64,000 nucleotides of DNA from NCBI RefSeq assembly GCF_030028105.1, contig NC_092397.1, positions 32,765,097 through 32,829,096 of the forward strand, in the 5' to 3' direction. Position 1 is the stretch's first letter. The number at the start of each line of letters is the position of its first letter. Of this stretch, positions 62,670 to 64,000 are shown in pieces. Under the pieces are notes generated by a model. That model was not told the DNA's origin and searched no databases. It saw nothing but the letters and a program-made list of their open reading frames with translations. Made by a program: the position numbers and the translations under genes. The DNA is from Mobula birostris (lineage: Eukaryota).

Positions 62670-64000
62670 ACAAAACACTGGGGCATCTCAGCAGGTCAGT
62701 CAGCATCTATGGAGAGGAATAAAAAATCATGTTCCTTCATCAGTACTGGAAAGGAAGTGGGAAGAAGCCAGAATAAGAAAGTCGGGGAAGAGAAGGGGTT
62801 CACGCTACAAAGTGATAGGTGAAGCCAGGTGAGGAAGGAGGGTAGATATGATGAGGAAAGGGGAGTATTGAAAACTGGGAGGTGTCAGGTGAGGAAGGAG
62901 GGTGGATATGTTGGGGAAAGGGGAGATTGAAAACTGGGAGGTGACAGGTGAAGGAGGGTAGATATGATGGGGAAAGGGGAGATTGAAAACTGGGAGGTGA
63001 CAGGTGAGGAAGGAGGGTAGATATGCTGGGGAAAGGGGAGATTGAAAACTGGGAGGTGACAGGTGAGGAAGGAGGGTAGATATGTTGGGGAAAGGGGAGA
63101 TTGAAAACTGGGAGGTGACAGGTGAGGAAGGAGGGTAGATATGATGGGGAAAGGGGAGATTGAAAACTGGGAGGTGACAGGTGAGGAAGGAGGGTAGATA
63201 TGATGGGGGAAGGGGAGACTGAAAACTGGAAGGTGACAGGTGAGGAAGGAGGGTAGATATGATGGGGGAAGGGGAGACTGAAAACTGGGAGGTGACAGGT
63301 GAGGAAGGAGGGTAGATATGATGGGGGAAGGGGAGATTGAAAACTGGAGGTGACAGGTGAGGAAGGAGGGTAGATATGATGGGGAAAGGGGAGATTGAAA
63401 ACTAGGAGGTGATAGGTTGAGCCAGTTGAGAACAAGATGTAGATATGTTGGGGACAGTGCAGTATGGAAAACTGGGGGCCATAGGAGAAGCCAGGTTAAG
63501 ATGGAAGTTAGATATGCTGGGTAAAGGGGAATATTTGTGAGGCTGGGCGGTGATTGGTGGAAAAGGAAACGACATGAAAGGCAGAAATCAGTTTGGAGGG
63601 GCGGGTTGACTAGAGAGAGGCGGTAAACATGCGGGGAAAGGAAGACGCAAGAGGGAATCCGGAATAGAAAATTAAAGCAAAGAGGAGAATGGAGAGATTA
63701 GCGGGTTAGAGAAATCGATGTACATTCTATCAGATTGAGGGTTACCCAGACGGAATATGAAGTGTTGCTCCTCCAACCCGAGCGTGGCTTCATCGTGTCA
63801 GTAGAGGAATTCATGGACCAACATGTCAGAATGGGAATGGGCAGCGGAATTAAAATGGTTAACCATTGGGAAATCCTACTCGTTGCGGACGCAGCAAAGT
63901 TGTTCGACAAAATGTTTCCCCAAACTATCTTGCGTCTTGCAGTTGTAGATGAGGCCGTATTGGGAGCACCCGATACAGTATATGGCCCAGAGAAACTCAC
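62670..64000 (-). mobile_element. Penelope-like element 3' part (decayed GIY-YIG endonuclease and terminal repeat)
   Basis: A minus frame not listed in the ORF track reads AIYCIGCSQYGLIYNCKT...NHFNSAAHSHSDM...LEEQHFIFRLG...MYIDFSN with stops. This is the CxxC-containing GIY-YIG signature of PLEs. Confidence 0.8.
62815..63420. repeat. ~59-bp purine/G-rich minisatellite, about 10 units
   Basis: Unit approximately GAGGTGACAGGTGAGGAAGGAGGGTAGATATGATGGGGAAAGGGGAGATTGAAAACTGG. Confidence 0.93.

Noticed and set aside
62800-63435. 211-aa Pro/Ser-rich minus ORF, and similar ORFs over 48155-48653 and 52240-52724
   Set aside because: These are translations of minisatellites whose unit lengths are not multiples of 3.

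Overview
Vertebrate genomic DNA. The histone sequences and repeat families point to a cartilaginous fish, probably a ray or skate (inference). The left part holds a replication-dependent histone cluster: H2B(+), H2A(+), then about 10 kb of decayed LINEs, then H1(+), H3(-), H4(-). Each gene has a 3' stem-loop and a U7-binding downstream element (HDE). H1 is frameshifted in an A8 run. There is also an H3 pseudogene at ~39 kb and an orphan H4 3'-end relic at ~2.9 kb. From 45 to 61 kb lies a tRNA cluster: Asn-GTT, Ser-AGA, Ala-TGC and iMet are intact or nearly so, while Asp, two Gly, a second iMet and an Ala fragment are decayed. Part of this cluster is a mirror-image (inverted) duplication. The rest is retroelements: CR1 (one near full length), Rex1/Babar, a nested Nimb/I-group LINE, Penelope-like GIY-YIG fragments, a solo LTR and minisatellites. 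Highlights: (1) short Penelope-derived elements carrying minimal hammerhead-ribozyme motifs, one copy with an intact core and an 11-bp TSD; (2) a very CpG-rich 27-bp x19 array 4 kb from H4 that reads as a protamine-like (ASRGRTKRK)n in one frame; (3) the inverted Gly/iMet/Ala tRNA duplication; (4) two orphan CpG promoter islands that share one motif set. All calls were made by eye, and TE boundaries are approximate.
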